Assembly: GCA_964016885.1 (NCBI GenBank)
Contig: OZ024740.1
Span: forward strand, 129,084,001 to 129,148,000
Direction: 5' to 3'
DNA length: 64,000 nucleotides
Source of the DNA: Eledone cirrhosa
Lineage: Eukaryota
The notes under the pieces are model-generated. The model was not told the DNA's origin and did no database searches. It saw nothing but the letters and a program-made list of their open reading frames with translations. The position numbers and the translations under genes were made by a program. Shown here piece after piece: positions 26,785 through 41,048 of this stretch (its first letter is position 1; every line of letters begins with the position of its first letter).

Positions 26785-27304
26785 GAGAGAGAGAGAGAGG
26801 GGGGAGCTACATGTATTTGCAAATATTTATATATACATATGTCTGCTTGTATGTCTGTATGAATTTACTTACGCATGTATGTACGTAAGTGTGTATATAC
26901 GAACAAAATATACACCGAATGATACTCATACAGACATTCAGAAATCCGTCCAGAAATTGACTTGTTGATGGTCGAGTGAATAAATCCATTACTGAATTAG
27001 GTGCGTTATACAAATGGGAAATAGACATCTGTCTGAGACCAAGCGTCGTCCACTTTAATCTAATACATGAGAGAACCTCTTTAGATTCATCGAGTAACAA
27101 AAGTACATAAATGTTTTAAGCTATCCATTGAAAAACACTGTTTTGTATACAATTTATATTATTATTTATATTATTATTATTATGTTCATTGTTATTATCA
27201 TCTTTAATTTTTCTCTTTTCTATATAATTGCGAATAAATCATTTAGAAAATATGCCCATTCTTGTTACGGTAATAGTAATAATAATAGTAATAATAATAA
27301 TAAT

Positions 27305-27515
27305 GGTTTCTTATATAGACACAAAGCCAGCAATCTTTCGGGGCAGGGAAAGTCGATTAAATCAACTCCAGTACGTTATTGGTGCTTTGTTTTATCAATT
27401 CGGTAAGGATGAAAGGCAAAGTTGACCTTGGCGAGATTTGAACTCAGAACATAAAGAGCCATAACTAAATCCCTCAAAGCATTTATGTCGAAACTCTATC
27501 AACTCTGCTAATCCA
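27305..27515 (-). mobile_element. Older SINE subfamily copy at a (TAA)n tract
   Basis: aaggatgaaaggcaaagttgaccttggcgagatttgaactcag; extra ggggcagggaaagtcgatt segment. Confidence 0.8.
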
Positions 27516-28499
27516 AAATAATATGACAACTATCTTCATCATCCTCATTATTACGTTTTTGTTATATATATTTTGGATATAATTGTTTAGTTTTCATTTA
27601 GTCAATATTATTTGTGTATTATTATTAATATTATTATCGTGCTTCCGCAGGCTGCTTGCAAGTTTATACAGTGCCACCATAGGGCACAGCTGTATTTCTG
27701 AAGTGAGTACAGTTCTCTGTTTTGGGGAATGTAGAATTTTGTTTGTTTCTCATAATAGCTTAATTTGTCGTAGGATTTATGTTATTGTTTCGGATATTAC
27801 ATTAGGTTTTCATCAATTTGTTGAATGTGCGTTTCGTGTTTTATCCACATGTGTATTATATCACAGGGTGCTAACTACAAAGAGTGTGGCATGAAGCATG
27901 TATGTTGTTGGCCTTTAGAGTGTGCATAGCAATTATGACAGATTATGCTTTGTTTGAATTTTTTATATGCATTTTGTATATTATATGGTGGTGAAACGTC
28001 AGAGAATGTATAGTTATTTTATTGTTTGTTTATTGTAGATTGTAGATTGTATGCGTTCTGTATTTTACGCAAAGATTGTATTGTGGTAGTTGTGCTATTG
28101 GACAATGCAACTCATTTGTAATTTGTTCACTGTAAGTAAAATTGTCAGTTTCGTTATTTTTTTATGATTTCAGTATTCTTGATAGACGTAATGCTCTAAT
28201 TATTACAGATTTTGTTATCAATTTCCTCTCACTCTGATTATTATTGACATTTCTGTGTGTTACTAGGATCAACCTCACGTTACACATGCCAGTCGGGAAA
28301 CAACTTCTCCCCCGGCTGCAAATGTCAATCCTGTTCATGAGAATAATGAACAAGAGAGGTGATTGTATGCAACGTCTGGAAGATTCGGAATATCAAATTG
28401 AATGGTTCAGACTTAGCACAAATTATCCGGGAATTCAAATAGAGATATGAAGGTATTCAGAACCTGCCCATCGATCCTAACCTCATGCAGAACCTCCGA

Positions 28500-29850
28500 A
28501 AATACGCCCCGAGGAAGTGGGTCATAAGCCTTTTCGGGACTTAGAAACGTGAATACGACAAACTAAACTGCAAAACAGTGAGAAGATCATAGACCCATAC
28601 CATATAGTCTTTCGCGTGTGTAAACCAGGGACGCATTTAGTAGAGAGATCAATTCGAAAAAATGTATTACAGTCTTCATTTCATGCATCAAAAACTGGCT
28701 ATGGGAATGTGACATGTGGGAGGCGTGTGATGGACTCTCACACATTGCGTATCCCGAGATAACAAAGAGGGTTCAGAAGGGAACAAGCCTTGATAATTCG
28801 AATATGGACTTCACAACCCTTACATGTAAGGAGCAGATTCTAATAGAGGAGACTAGACGCTAACGGCTAGATATAGTCAGGGTTTCCTTAACAAAGTTCC
28901 GTGGCTCTGATAATGTAGGTTTGAATGGAGGGTTGAAACTCAAGTATTCAGGTGTGGAGATTTAAGTGATAACTCTTAAAGCTTAGACAGCAAAATAGGT
29001 CTCTGTTTGTGGTGCAAGGTTATCTACCAAACAAGTAATAGGAATACAGATCCTTCCTTGATGAAGTCACTGAAGTGTAACATGTAGTTAAGACAGAGTC
29101 ATACTTCCTGATGGGAGATTTCAATGCACTTGGTAGCACTAGCCATCTGACATGGAAATGATTGACTGGAAGGAATAACGATCTAAATAGGAATGTAGAA
29201 GACGTATTAGACTCATATTCTAGCAATGGACTCTGTATTATGATTACCTTCTTGCACAGAGACACCCATAAATATACATTGTGTATTGGGAATTAGGGAA
29301 GTATATCAATAAATTATTTCGGTATTTATTTTCTCTGATCTCCTCGCGTTCGTGCTGAGTGTTCGTGTTAATAGAGAAGCTGAGATGTCAAATTATCACC
29401 CTATAGTTAGCTTCAACTTGAGACAATCTAAAGCCAAAGAAACCCACAAATGTGGCAGGTCCTGGTATACTTACAGGAAACAGTTGTAAGCGTTGGTGGA
29501 TACTGAAGGCACGACCATGTATGGAAATACTGTTGGATCTGAATACAGAGAACTCCCTGAAAAACGAGGACATTGTGATCTAGGAATGATAGTTCAGCTC
29601 AGTGGTTTCGGCTTCATCTGTTAAATGCTGCGAGCGAAAGAGGCTTAATGTGGGGCTGGATGATGGCACGGGGAACTCTTGATTCAATGAAGGGTTTAAA
29701 TATGCCATCCGAGCAAAGAAAATGACCGACAAAGCTTGGCTTGGAAATACTTCCTCCTTCTTTCACTTGCGGTAAAGCAAGTATGAAGAATCTAAGCAGA
29801 GACAGTAAAGGAATCAAAGCAAACAACACAGTACAATGAAGAACTATATC
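28500..29850 (+). mobile_element. Decayed RTE-clade LINE (AP endonuclease region)
   Basis: Broken frames LDIVRVS..KFRGS..GGLKLKYSGV, VVQGYLPN, ESYFLMGDFNA, SNGLCIMITF.HRDTHKYT. Confidence 0.75.
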
Positions 29851-30556
29851 AATTTAGGGTTTGATAACTTAGGAAAATATTGTTTCGTTTTCAGAGAACA
29901 TTCTTTCATGAGAAGTTAGTATGACAAATAAAAGCTTGTGTAGAAGGATAACACTGAACAGGGAAGGAACAAAAAATGTTTCAGAAAAAGCTCACACACG
30001 CTCACAGGCAAAAGTAAACATATACACATACTGTCACACACACTCACACACTGAAGTTTGATGTTACATTGACACCCACACATAGATTGAACTTCTCTGA
30101 AATATATGCACACATAAACACACACACAAAGAAAAAGTAAGCGAAACAATAACTCGTAAAATGCGATGTATCTACACACGCATAAGAATAGCAACGGTAA
30201 TTCGACCACCATTAGAAACACCGAACGCCGGGCCTCTTGCCTGCCAAATATACCCTGCCTAATAAAACTATTTTTTTACATCAACCCACCAGTCTCCTAT
30301 TTCTTATGAAAACTTTACGCTGAATAAGAGTTCTTCTCAAAACATTATCCCTGTTGAAAGAATTTGATTTAAAAACGCGTAAAATATGCCAAAAAAATTG
30401 TGTGCGTGTGTGTGTGCGTTTATATGTGTGCAGATGTGCGGGTATACACAAACACACAAACTCATACAAACACGCATAAACACACACACATATATATATA
30501 ATTATGTGTGTGTGTATATGTCTATGTATACGAATGTGTGCATGTCTGCATATATA

Positions 30557-30605
<49 letters not shown>

Positions 30606-30896
30606 GTGTGTGTGTGTATATCTTTTGCGAGTAAGATTGTCAATATGCCTAACATACTACTGTCAACAGTAGTTGGTTATGCATATTCAATAGAAATAGA
30701 AGTGTAAGATTATACTTACACTTCTCTCCAAACTAAATAGCACACACAATTCATCCACATATAAGTGTATATATTAGAGGATTTGGGAGCATAATTCAAT
30801 ATCGAAGAAAAGCGTTACTACTTTAATATGAAATATACAGAACTTTTTCCCACAAACATACGAGCTGCATGATAAAATAAACGAAATCAAGGAATT

Positions 30897-31345
30897 ATGG
30901 TTTCTGATTTAGGCACATGCCAAGCAAATCGAACTGAATCGGAAAGTTGATTACACCGACCCCAATATGTGACTGGTACTTTATTTTATCGAACGCGGAA
31001 GGATGAAATGCAAAGGTAACTGCGACGGGATTTGAACTCAAAACGGAAAGGGCTTAAGTTTATACAGTAAAGCATGTTGTGCGTCGCTTTACTCATACTG
31101 CAAATCCCCAAATCAAGGAATAGTTATTTCTCCTATAGGCACAAGGTCAGCAATTTTCGGGAGGGAGAAATTCTATTATATCGACCCAAGTGCGTGATTG
31201 GTTCTTTATTTTATCAACCCCGTAAGGATAAAAGGTAAATTTAACTTCGGCGAGATTTGAACTTATAACGGAAAGGGCTTAAGTCTATACCGTAAAGCAT
31301 GTTCTGCGTCACTTTACTCATAATGCAAATCCAAAAATCAAGGAA
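30897..31345 (-). mobile_element. Two tandem older SINE copies
   Basis: Two units with actttattttatc..aaggat..gatttgaact..cggaaagggcttaagt. Confidence 0.8.
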
Positions 31346-32159
31346 TAATAAAAGAAAAAGTTAATAGAATATAAATTTCTCTTCGCGAGAGTTGCGGCGG
31401 AAAAAGACGAAATGTCAGTGATCGAACTAAAATACAAATGATGAGATTATATACTGACATACACGAAATCGATGTAATCTTCGTGAGCAAAGGCATTATA
31501 TTTAAATGCCAATATTAATTTGGATGAGATGATATGAATTATTTCGCTTATATTAGTTATGTCTGGATTGTCTAATTTTAAAAATAATATTTTGTTCTTT
31601 ATTTCACTTTATTTTTAACTTTATTTCTTGCCTTTAATTGACATGATTTTGAAGTAAAAGATAACAAACTAATACAACAATGTCAGTAAACATATTTATG
31701 ATGCCTCATAATGCCAGCATTTCATATCAGGGAAGTATAATCGATAGAACTGACACTAGGATAATCCTCCTCCTCTTACTACTACTACTACATAACAGTG
31801 ACATGAGTCCACCTACATATTCCGAGGATATGTGTGTAGCTGATTAAATGATTTATTGATATTAAATGTATCCTTGTATTATTTAATTGATCAATACGTG
31901 TAGGATGAAATTTAAAGACTTCCTCGTTGATGTCTTAATTTCGAAATTGAAGGGACGTCACTAAATACTGCAAAGAACGTACATTCACTGTAGTACTGAT
32001 TCATTTATGATAAACTATTGAATCCTAATTAAGGCACAAGGCCAGCTATTTGGGAAAGGGACTATACACAGATAATTTTATCCGACTATGTAACGATTCT
32101 TGCACACATGTTGATAAAATAATAAAGATGATATTAGTAAACTTCCGTTTCTTAATTGT

Positions 32160-32360
32160 AATCATGATTTCTACAATAGGCACAGTGTCAACAATTGGAT
32201 TGGTAGAACATTCTATTAAATCGACCAATTGCATTACTGGTGCTTTATTTTATTAAACCCTTAAGCTAATCTCAGCGGGATTTGAACTCAGAACATAAAG
32301 GGCTTTAACTGAATGCCCCGAAGCATAATATCAGACACTCTACCGATACTGCCAATCAAT
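32160..32360 (-). mobile_element. Degenerate SINE copy
   Basis: gcattactggtgc..cgggatttgaactcag..ctctaccgatactgccaatc. Confidence 0.75.
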
Positions 32361-32917
32361 TACTATGTTTCTGATTGTATACACAAAGCTTCTGTAAAAT
32401 GGAGACAGTTTAAAAGAGAAAAACAAGAAAAATATAACAGGCACGAAATCAGTGGGAGTGTTGTATTGTTCTCTTTTTATCTTGCTAGCTCTGATGGAAG
32501 CAGGGACAGTGAATAAGAATATGAGAAGAAAACATTAGACCAACAACCGCAGCAATTTATAGAACAAGCATACGCACATATACACGCATACACATACATA
32601 TATATATATACATATATTCAAGTAAAGGTAAGTGCTGTCTCTAGCCCAAGTCAGAATATGAAATGATGTATTGCTGGCTAATACACTTACGTATATCATA
32701 ATGTATCAAGGGAGAGAATTTAAATCTCTCATGTTGCTATATAATGAGGTTTCATAATTTTGCGGGTATAATAAGATAGTCCAATTTCTTCATTTGTACT
32801 GCTCCTTTGTCATTACTATCATATTATTGCTGTTGTTATTATTAGCATTAGAATTATTATTAATAGTGTTATTACCATTCCTACTACAATAGCGATTACT
32901 ATTTGTTTGTTGCTAAT

Positions 32918-33140
32918 ATCGTCCTGTACCGTATTTTAAGTTTCCTTAATGTGAGCTCTGTGTGGTTAATAAAGAAATGATAAAAATAATAATAATGATT
33001 TCTTTATTGGCCACAAGGGCTGACATCAAGAAAAACATTACAGACGGCACAGGACGGTACAGGACGGTACGATGTGGCTTGTGTGCGTGTAAATATTTTT
33101 ATTATTTATATAGGAAAAGAAAAAAAAGGACATAGAAACA
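32918..33140. mobile_element. Two short Tx1-type 3' ends, tail to tail (32918-32980 +; 32996-33140 -)
   Basis: tgtggttaataaagaaat on +; reverse gcccttgtggccaataaagaaatcattatt; homologous to the 33166 and 57434 termini. Confidence 0.65.
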
Positions 33141-33165
33141 TATATATATTTATAATAATAATAAT

Positions 33166-34120
33166 ACTTTCTTTATTAACCACAAGGATTTACATAAAGT
33201 AGACATTAAGGACAGTAAAGGACAGTACATGACGGTACAAATGGGCCTTTCTGCGTGTAAAAAAAGAAAAAAAAAAGAGGATGTAATAAAAATAACAATT
33301 AAAAATTCCCCAAATGGGGGGAGATTTCGGAGGGACATTTGTGGAGAAAGCCCATTAAAAGGCCACAGTGACCGTGACCACCAGGGCAAGTGCCCTCTCC
33401 CAGTTGTCCACCTTTAATTTACAGACACATACGCAGAGTAGGCCCATTCACTCTGGCCATTCTTGCTTCTCTCACCCATCTTTCAATAAAATAGTGGGAA
33501 GAGAACACTTCCCTCTCTACTCTGATTTTCCTTTTCAAATGAAATTTGAAAAAGTTAATCAGGGCATCACCGAAGTGGTAAGTGCTCGTCTTCAGCCCTT
33601 TCAAACGTGTCCACCATACTAACTCTTTCGCCATGGTCACCAGACAGATAAAAAAGTCTTGCCCTTCCCGGTTAAAGGAAGGTGGCGGGGCAATCCTCAC
33701 GATGGACTCAGCAGATAGCCGGATCCGTCCTACACGTGACAGCAGGTGTTCAACATAAACCCACAAGTCAGCAATTCTCGGACACTGGACGAGTGCGTGC
33801 AGGACGGCTTCGTCGCCCTGGGCGCATCTCGGAGATACCTGGCTGACGGCACCTCCATGCCTGTAGAGCTTATCCTGAAATGGCAAGACTCCTCTGTAGC
33901 ACTGCCAGGCCAGGGATTTCTGGAAGTTGTCCATAGGCCCCGGCCCAAAAGTTCTTCCGAAGAGATTGGCTGGTTGATTTTCGTCGAGGCCTAGAGTTTC
34001 CCCAAGTACGTCGCCGCTCTTCTCTTCCGCTAATACTCTATAGAACGCCGAGGTGGAGTTTCCACTGATAACATTGCCCGATTCGTCGAGGTCTGTGAGC
34101 GCCTGAAGACATTCCAGTCT
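33166..34120 (-). mobile_element. 5'-truncated L1/Tx1-clade LINE (ORF2 C-terminus plus 3' UTR)
   Basis: ORF 33419-33934 is homologous to 57713-58400 (FQKSLAWQCYRG..RMARVNGPTL); ends in ATT repeats. Confidence 0.9.
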
Positions 34121-36714
34121 CTAAGCGCTGGGGCACTAAAAAACATAGACACTAAACATATACTGGAAATAAAGTACAAAACTAGGAGGAAAAACTAAAT
34201 ATTATCATAGAGGAACTGAAACAACGTATTGTAGCAAAGAGTGCAAAAATTAGGCGATACGAGAGCAGAGTCAGTCAGTATAGACAGTACCGCATGTTTG
34301 ACAAAAACCAGAAGATGTTGTTTGGACAGCTTAAAGGGAAATAAAGAGGCAACGACGACTTGATCCCTGAGGCGGAACAAACTAAGATATTCTGGAGAGG
34401 AATATGGGAGCAGGATGTTACACATAATGACCAGGCAGTGTGGATTGAGACAGTACACAAGGAGATTAGTGAACAGGCAGACAAACAAACTGATTTGAGT
34501 ATCACAGTTGAAACTCTTAAGGGGCAGGCCGAAAAATTAACCAGTTGGAATTCTCCAGGTCCAGATGGTGTGCAGGGCTATTGGATTAAAAATATAACAT
34601 CCCTCCACCCGAAACTGACAATCATGTTCAATAACTGCTTGATGTCAGGTGATGTACCAGAATGGTTGACAATAGGTACCACAGTTCTGGTAATGAAAGA
34701 CCGAATCAAGGGTAATGATGTTACGAACTATAGACCTATCACATGTCTGTCCGTAATGTGGAAACTGTTAACAAGCCTTGTGTCTGAAGAAATCTACCAT
34801 CACCGCCACACAAACAACTTGTTACCGGACGAACAGAAAGGATGCCGAAAGAAGTCCCGTGGTACAAAGGACCAGTTACTTATTGATAAGATGGTAATGA
34901 GGAATTGCAAGAGGAGACACACTGGTCTTGCCATGGGATGGATAGACTACAAAAAGTCATTTGACATGCTGCCTCATGGTGCTCACCAAAAGCCTAGAGA
35001 TCTTCAAGGTGGCAGATAACATCAGGCACTGGTTGAGCAAATGTATGAAGTCCTGAAAACAGAGATAACATCAGCTGAAGAATCCTTGGAAGGCGTGAAG
35101 ATCAAGAGAGGTATCTTCCAGGTAGATAGACTGTCCCTTCTGTTGTTTGTCCTTGCTCTGATGCCCCTGATCATTATACTGCGAAAAGTGAGAGCAGGAT
35201 ACAGGTTGGGAAAGGGAGGGCTTACCATCAATCACCTCCTCTTCATGGACGATCTTAAGCTCTTCGGGAAGAGTGAGAAGTAGTTGGATGTGCTTGTTGA
35301 CACTGTCCGTATTTTCAGCAATGATATATGTATGCAATTTGGTATTAGTAAGTGAGGAGTCCTTGTGATGAAGAGGGGTAAATTGAGCAGAGGCAACGGA
35401 TTCCAGGTACCAACAGGTGAGATGATAAAGGAAATTGACACTGAAGAAGGATACAAGTATTTGGGTGTTCTGGAGGCTGATAACATCAATAACAAAAAAG
35501 TAAAGGAATTGATAAGATCTGAATACATTCGGAGAATAAGGAGCGTATTAAAGTCACATCTGAACAGTAGGAAAGCCATAAGTGCAGTAAATTCCCGAGA
35601 TGTGTCTATTATTAGCTACAGTGCGGGAATTCTGAGATGGAATGTTGCTGAACAAAAAGAAATTGGTAGGAAGACTAGGAAGCTATTGAATATATACAAC
35701 ATGTTCCACAAGTGGAGTGATGTCTATAGACTCTACTTAAGGAGATCTGATGGTGGAAGAGGTCTTATCAGCATAGAGGACTCTGTTCAATGAAGAAAAA
35801 CAACCTACGCAAATACGTGACCGATAGTAAGGAGCCAATGCTCATAATTGTACTGAAGGAGAGGAAAATAGGACAGGGGATGTCCAAGGAGGAAATAACA
35901 ACAAGGAGAAAGAGCAGCCTTCAGGAAAAATCACTTCATCGTACCTTCTTTGAGAAAACATGTATTCAGAGATCCACAGACATGGAACTGGTTGAAAAGT
36001 GGAGACCTTAAAAAGGCTACAGAAGGAATGCTAATGGCTGCACAAGAGCAGGACCTCAAAAGGAAGTGGTGAAACACCATATTTACAAGGAGGAGGCTAG
36101 CCCACTGTGCAGGATCTGTGGAGAGAGAGAGAGGAGACTGTGGCTCACATTGTATCCGAGTGTAAACACCTAGCCCAGACTCACTATAAGGGCTGGAGAC
36201 ATGATCTGATGGGCAGGGTGATCCACTGGCACCTATGCAAAGTAAACAATTTACCACATTCTGAGAAGTGGTATGAGCATAAGCCAGAGTCGGTGATAGA
36301 AAACGATCAGGTGAAGGTGCTGTGGGATTTTAGGATACAGACGGACAAGAAAAAAGATCGTGCCTGATTGTGGATGTGGCCTGCCCATTACGCACGTGAG
36401 TGCAAGAGTAGGAAAGAGAGAAATTTAACCGATACCAGGACTTAAAGTGGGAGGTAAAAATGATTTGGAACTGCTATGAAATCAAAGTGGTCCCGATTGT
36501 CATAGGCGCACTAGGTACTATCTCAAGGAGTTTCCAGAGTTTGTTAAAGAAAATTGGCCCCACCTCCCTTTTTGGAACACCTCAAAAGGCATGCTTTCTG
36601 GGAACAGCAAGAACCCTCCGATACGTACTGAATATCTGAAGCTGCAGGTATTGGCTTGATATTCATTTCAACAAACTCTCCAGTTAACTAACATCAATGA
36701 CTGAGATTCAAAGA
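34121..36714 (+). mobile_element. 5'-truncated Dong/R4-type RLE LINE, family A (decayed)
   Basis: SPGPDG, NYRPITCL, WIDYKK, GIFQ, LFMDD, YKYLG, CCHC, RHD; ends in (TAA)n. Confidence 0.92.
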
Positions 36715-36738
36715 ATAATAATAATAATAATAATAATG

Positions 36739-36776
<38 letters not shown>
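36714..36776. repeat. (TAA)n microsatellite
   Basis: Direct run between two Dong copies. Confidence 0.95.
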
Positions 36777-37965
36777 GCCCAGATGGTGTGCAGAGGTATT
36801 GGATTAAACATATAACACCCCTCCACCCGAAACTGACAACCATGTTCAATGACTTCTTGATGCCAGGTGAGGTACCAGAGTGGTTGACAAAAGGTACCAC
36901 AGTTCTGGTAATGAAAGACCGAATCAAGGATAATGATGTCACAAACTATAGACCTATCACATGTCTGTCCGTAATGTGGAAACTGTTAACAAGCATTGTG
37001 TCTGAGGAAATCTACCATCACCTCCACATAAACAACTTGTTAGCGGACGAACAGAAAGGATGCCGAAAGAAGTCCCGTGGTACAAAGGACCAGTTACTTA
37101 TTGATAATATGGTAATGGGGAATTGCAAGAGGAGACACACTGGCCTTACCATGGGATGGATAGACTACTAAAAGGCATTTGACATGGTGCCTCATTCTTG
37201 GATCACCAAAAGCCTAGAGATCTTCAAGGTGGCAGATAACATCAGACAGTTGTTGAGCAACAGTATGAAGTCCTGGAAAACAGAGTTAACATCGGCTGGA
37301 GAATCCTTGGGAGGCGTGAAAATCAAGAGAGGTTTCTTCCAGGGAGATAGTCTGTCCCCTCTGTTGTTTGTCCTTCGCAGTATAATGGTCATGATGCCCC
37401 TGACCATTATACTGCACAAAGTGAGAGCAGAATCACCGCCTCTTCATGGACGATATTAAGCTCTTCGGGAAGAGTGAGAAAGATGTGGATGTGCTTGTTG
37501 ACACTGTCCGTATTTTCAGCAATGATATATGCATGCAATTTTAGGATCAGACGGACAAGAAACTGGAACACAATAGACCTGACCTGGTGGTTTTGGACAA
37601 CGAAAAAAGATCGTGCATGATTGTGGATGCAGCCTGCCCATTCGACACAAGAATGCAAAAGAAGGAGATGGAGAAAATTAACGGATACCAGGACTTACAG
37701 TGGGAGGTAAAAAGGATTTGGAACTGCCATGAAGTCAAAGTGGTCCCGATTGTCATAGGCGCACTAGGTACTATCACAAAGAGTTTCCAAGGATGGTTAA
37801 AGAAATTGGTCCCGCCCCGCTTTTTGGAACACTTCAAAAGGCATGCTTGCTGGGAACAGCAAGAACATTCCGATATGTCCTGAATGTCTGAGGCTGCAGG
37901 TAGCGGCTTAATATTCATTTCAACAAACTTTCCAGTTAAATAACATCAATGACTGAGACTCAAAG
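36777..37965 (+). mobile_element. Dong/R4 family A copy with ~1 kb internal deletion
   Basis: RT motifs at 36788-37540 join directly to the RLE domain NRPDL..IVDAACP; same 3' UTR as family A. Confidence 0.9.
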
Positions 37966-38641
37966 AAGAATGATAATAGTAATACTAATAACAATAACTG
38001 TTATTATTATTATTATTATTATTATTAATGATATTTATTTTATTTTTTTTATTACACTGAATATTTGGATAAGGTCGGTTGATTGGGAAAATATTTTGAG
38101 CGTCGGAAATAATGTTTTGTAGAATTTATTCAAATCCAGCCTATATCAACAATCCCTTGATATATAAGAAAATTACTGAAGGGATAATCTTGATGAGCAA
38201 ATTGGAAATCTTTTGTTTCTTTTAACGCCAAATGTTAATTTTAAACATTAATATTGCGTAGAGCCTTTTTTCTTTGCCCTACTTGGGCATTATTTGCGTA
38301 AATAGCCTATTTATGCAGCTAACATAATCATGATTTGAAATGACTCCAGGCCGTGCAGGATAAAATATTATTTGATATAAAATCAATTATATGCTCCTGT
38401 TTTTGCATAATTGCATAATTATTTATTTTACATTTATTTTGAATGGCTATTCAACAGGGATAGGGGAGTAGATCTAGCTGAAAATAGAAAAGAACATATT
38501 AAGGAATTACCTTTATAAATTACGTCTTCCCCGCCTATATGTAGAGGCTTTGTGTAAGGCAAACACACACATACCCAATACACATATGCACGCACGCACA
38601 GACATACACACACATACTCGCACACACACACACACGCACAT

Positions 38642-38676
<35 letters not shown>

Positions 38677-38911
38677 GTAGTAAAGGGCAATCAAAAAATC
38701 CAATTTATAAATAACTCAAGTCCGTAGGGTGACTTTCAATATAATTATTCAGACCAGCATTTACAACGCCGCCAAAGTACGTACGTTCAGTGTGTCTCTG
38801 AGGACCAACCTGATCAACATGTGCCGTTGTTGTAACTGATCAGAATAATTATATACTCACACACACATCTCTCTATCTCTCTCAATATATACATATATAT
38901 ATATGTATATA

Positions 38912-39460
<549 letters not shown>

Positions 39461-39949
39461 CCTTCCCTTGTGTAACATAGGAGGGTGAATTTAGGAGACT
39501 GGTATGCATGGATGACTGCTGGTCTTCCACAAACAAAGCTGCCCAGGCTTTTGCCTCGGTGCATAACATTCCAGGTGCAACACCATGATCATTAGTAATT
39601 GAATGGGGCCTGAAATATATATACATTTTCACATCCATATATTTAAACATCCGTACATACGAAATGCTACACCATCGTTTCCATGTACATAAAGAAAACT
39701 ATGACCTTTTATTTTATGTGCATTGTTCTCTGTACGTTATCCAATGTTTTTTCCCAAAGAAGTTAGTGCATGGTTTTAGATATATTTGTATGTTATTTGT
39801 TGGGACCTCTTAGATTTACCCTAAATGGCACGCCAAATGCAGAGCTAAATAATCATATAAGCATATACTAATATACAATGATTCTTTATTGTTAAATTAT
39901 GTTGAATGTTCTCATTGCACATTAGTATTGAATGTGTATAACTTTGTTA

Positions 39950-40440
39950 AATTTTAAACGTTCAGAGGAGAGATAATTTAAACAGATATAATTCTAAGTA
40001 GAATGTATATTTTAATCATGCATATCCCAACTGATCATTTTCTATGTAGATTTTATCTAAATTTATCATTATTAGATCTCTATCATGATAATCCATAATC
40101 TCTGCAGTTCCTTGCGTGTCTTTAGTTGGTTGTCTCTTTCCTATTTGGGAAATTTCCATATCACTTCAAATGTTATTGGTGTTCGTAATTATAACGAATT
40201 ATGATATTTTGTACATCACGGACATTGGAAGCAAATCTCTCATAAACGATGACCTACCATATTCAATAGAACATATTGCTCATTCCATAAATTATTTACA
40301 TATACACTCTATCAGAATCTAAGACGGTATGGTCATTGATAAGGCGTTTAAAACATTGTTCGGTCAGGGCTTGACTGTTCTGAAGTATTTACATCTCTAA
40401 AGTTCTGGCCTTACTTAAAAGTTTCAGTTGTGTCTGTGGC
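39950..40440 (+). pseudogene. Decayed LRR coding remnant
   Basis: YLNLSLLDLYHDNP*, SINYLHIHSIRI*DGMVIDKAFKTLFGQGLTVLKYLHL*SSGLT. Confidence 0.5.
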
Positions 40441-40982
40441 AAATTGCATTCTACATTTTGATTGTGTCATTTTACATTCCAAGTTAAACATTATCGTGTT
40501 CGATTCCGCTTTTTATCCTCTTGGGGCAATGCAATAAGCGTCGGATCAGGAATTGTATTGATTATATCCTTACAGCAATTAGATTAATCAGTGTGACTAT
40601 ATTAGAATTAACATCATAACAAATATCATGATATATTTTGATAAAATACAGAATAAATTATTTTTTATTTATACATTTACGATCATTTAAGTTCGTAAAT
40701 AAAATCTCGCACAACTTCGGCTTCCGTATTTCTTGAGTTGATAATATAAAAATAAGAGGAAGTAGGACATTTTGAAATTATGTCTAATAGTTCATGAAGA
40801 AATACATGTGGTCATGTGTAAAACATAAACATGCTTATTATCAGTATTTATCAGGCAACTACTTTTCCCAAAATGGTGTGTTTATATGCCACAGAGGCAG
40901 TTGATTGTACCTAACGCATGGTAAATAACAGTCTTCATCTTCTTCTTTTTCTTCTTCACCTCCTCCTCCTCCTTTTCTTATT

Positions 40983-41033
<51 letters not shown>

Positions 41034-41048
41034 ATACTACTACTACTA
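40983..41048. repeat. (CTA)n microsatellite
   Basis: Direct run. Confidence 0.95.

Noticed and set aside
26930-27110. Possible TIR-domain remnant downstream of LRR-like fragments
   Set aside because: Similarity too weak; no recognisable TIR box motifs.
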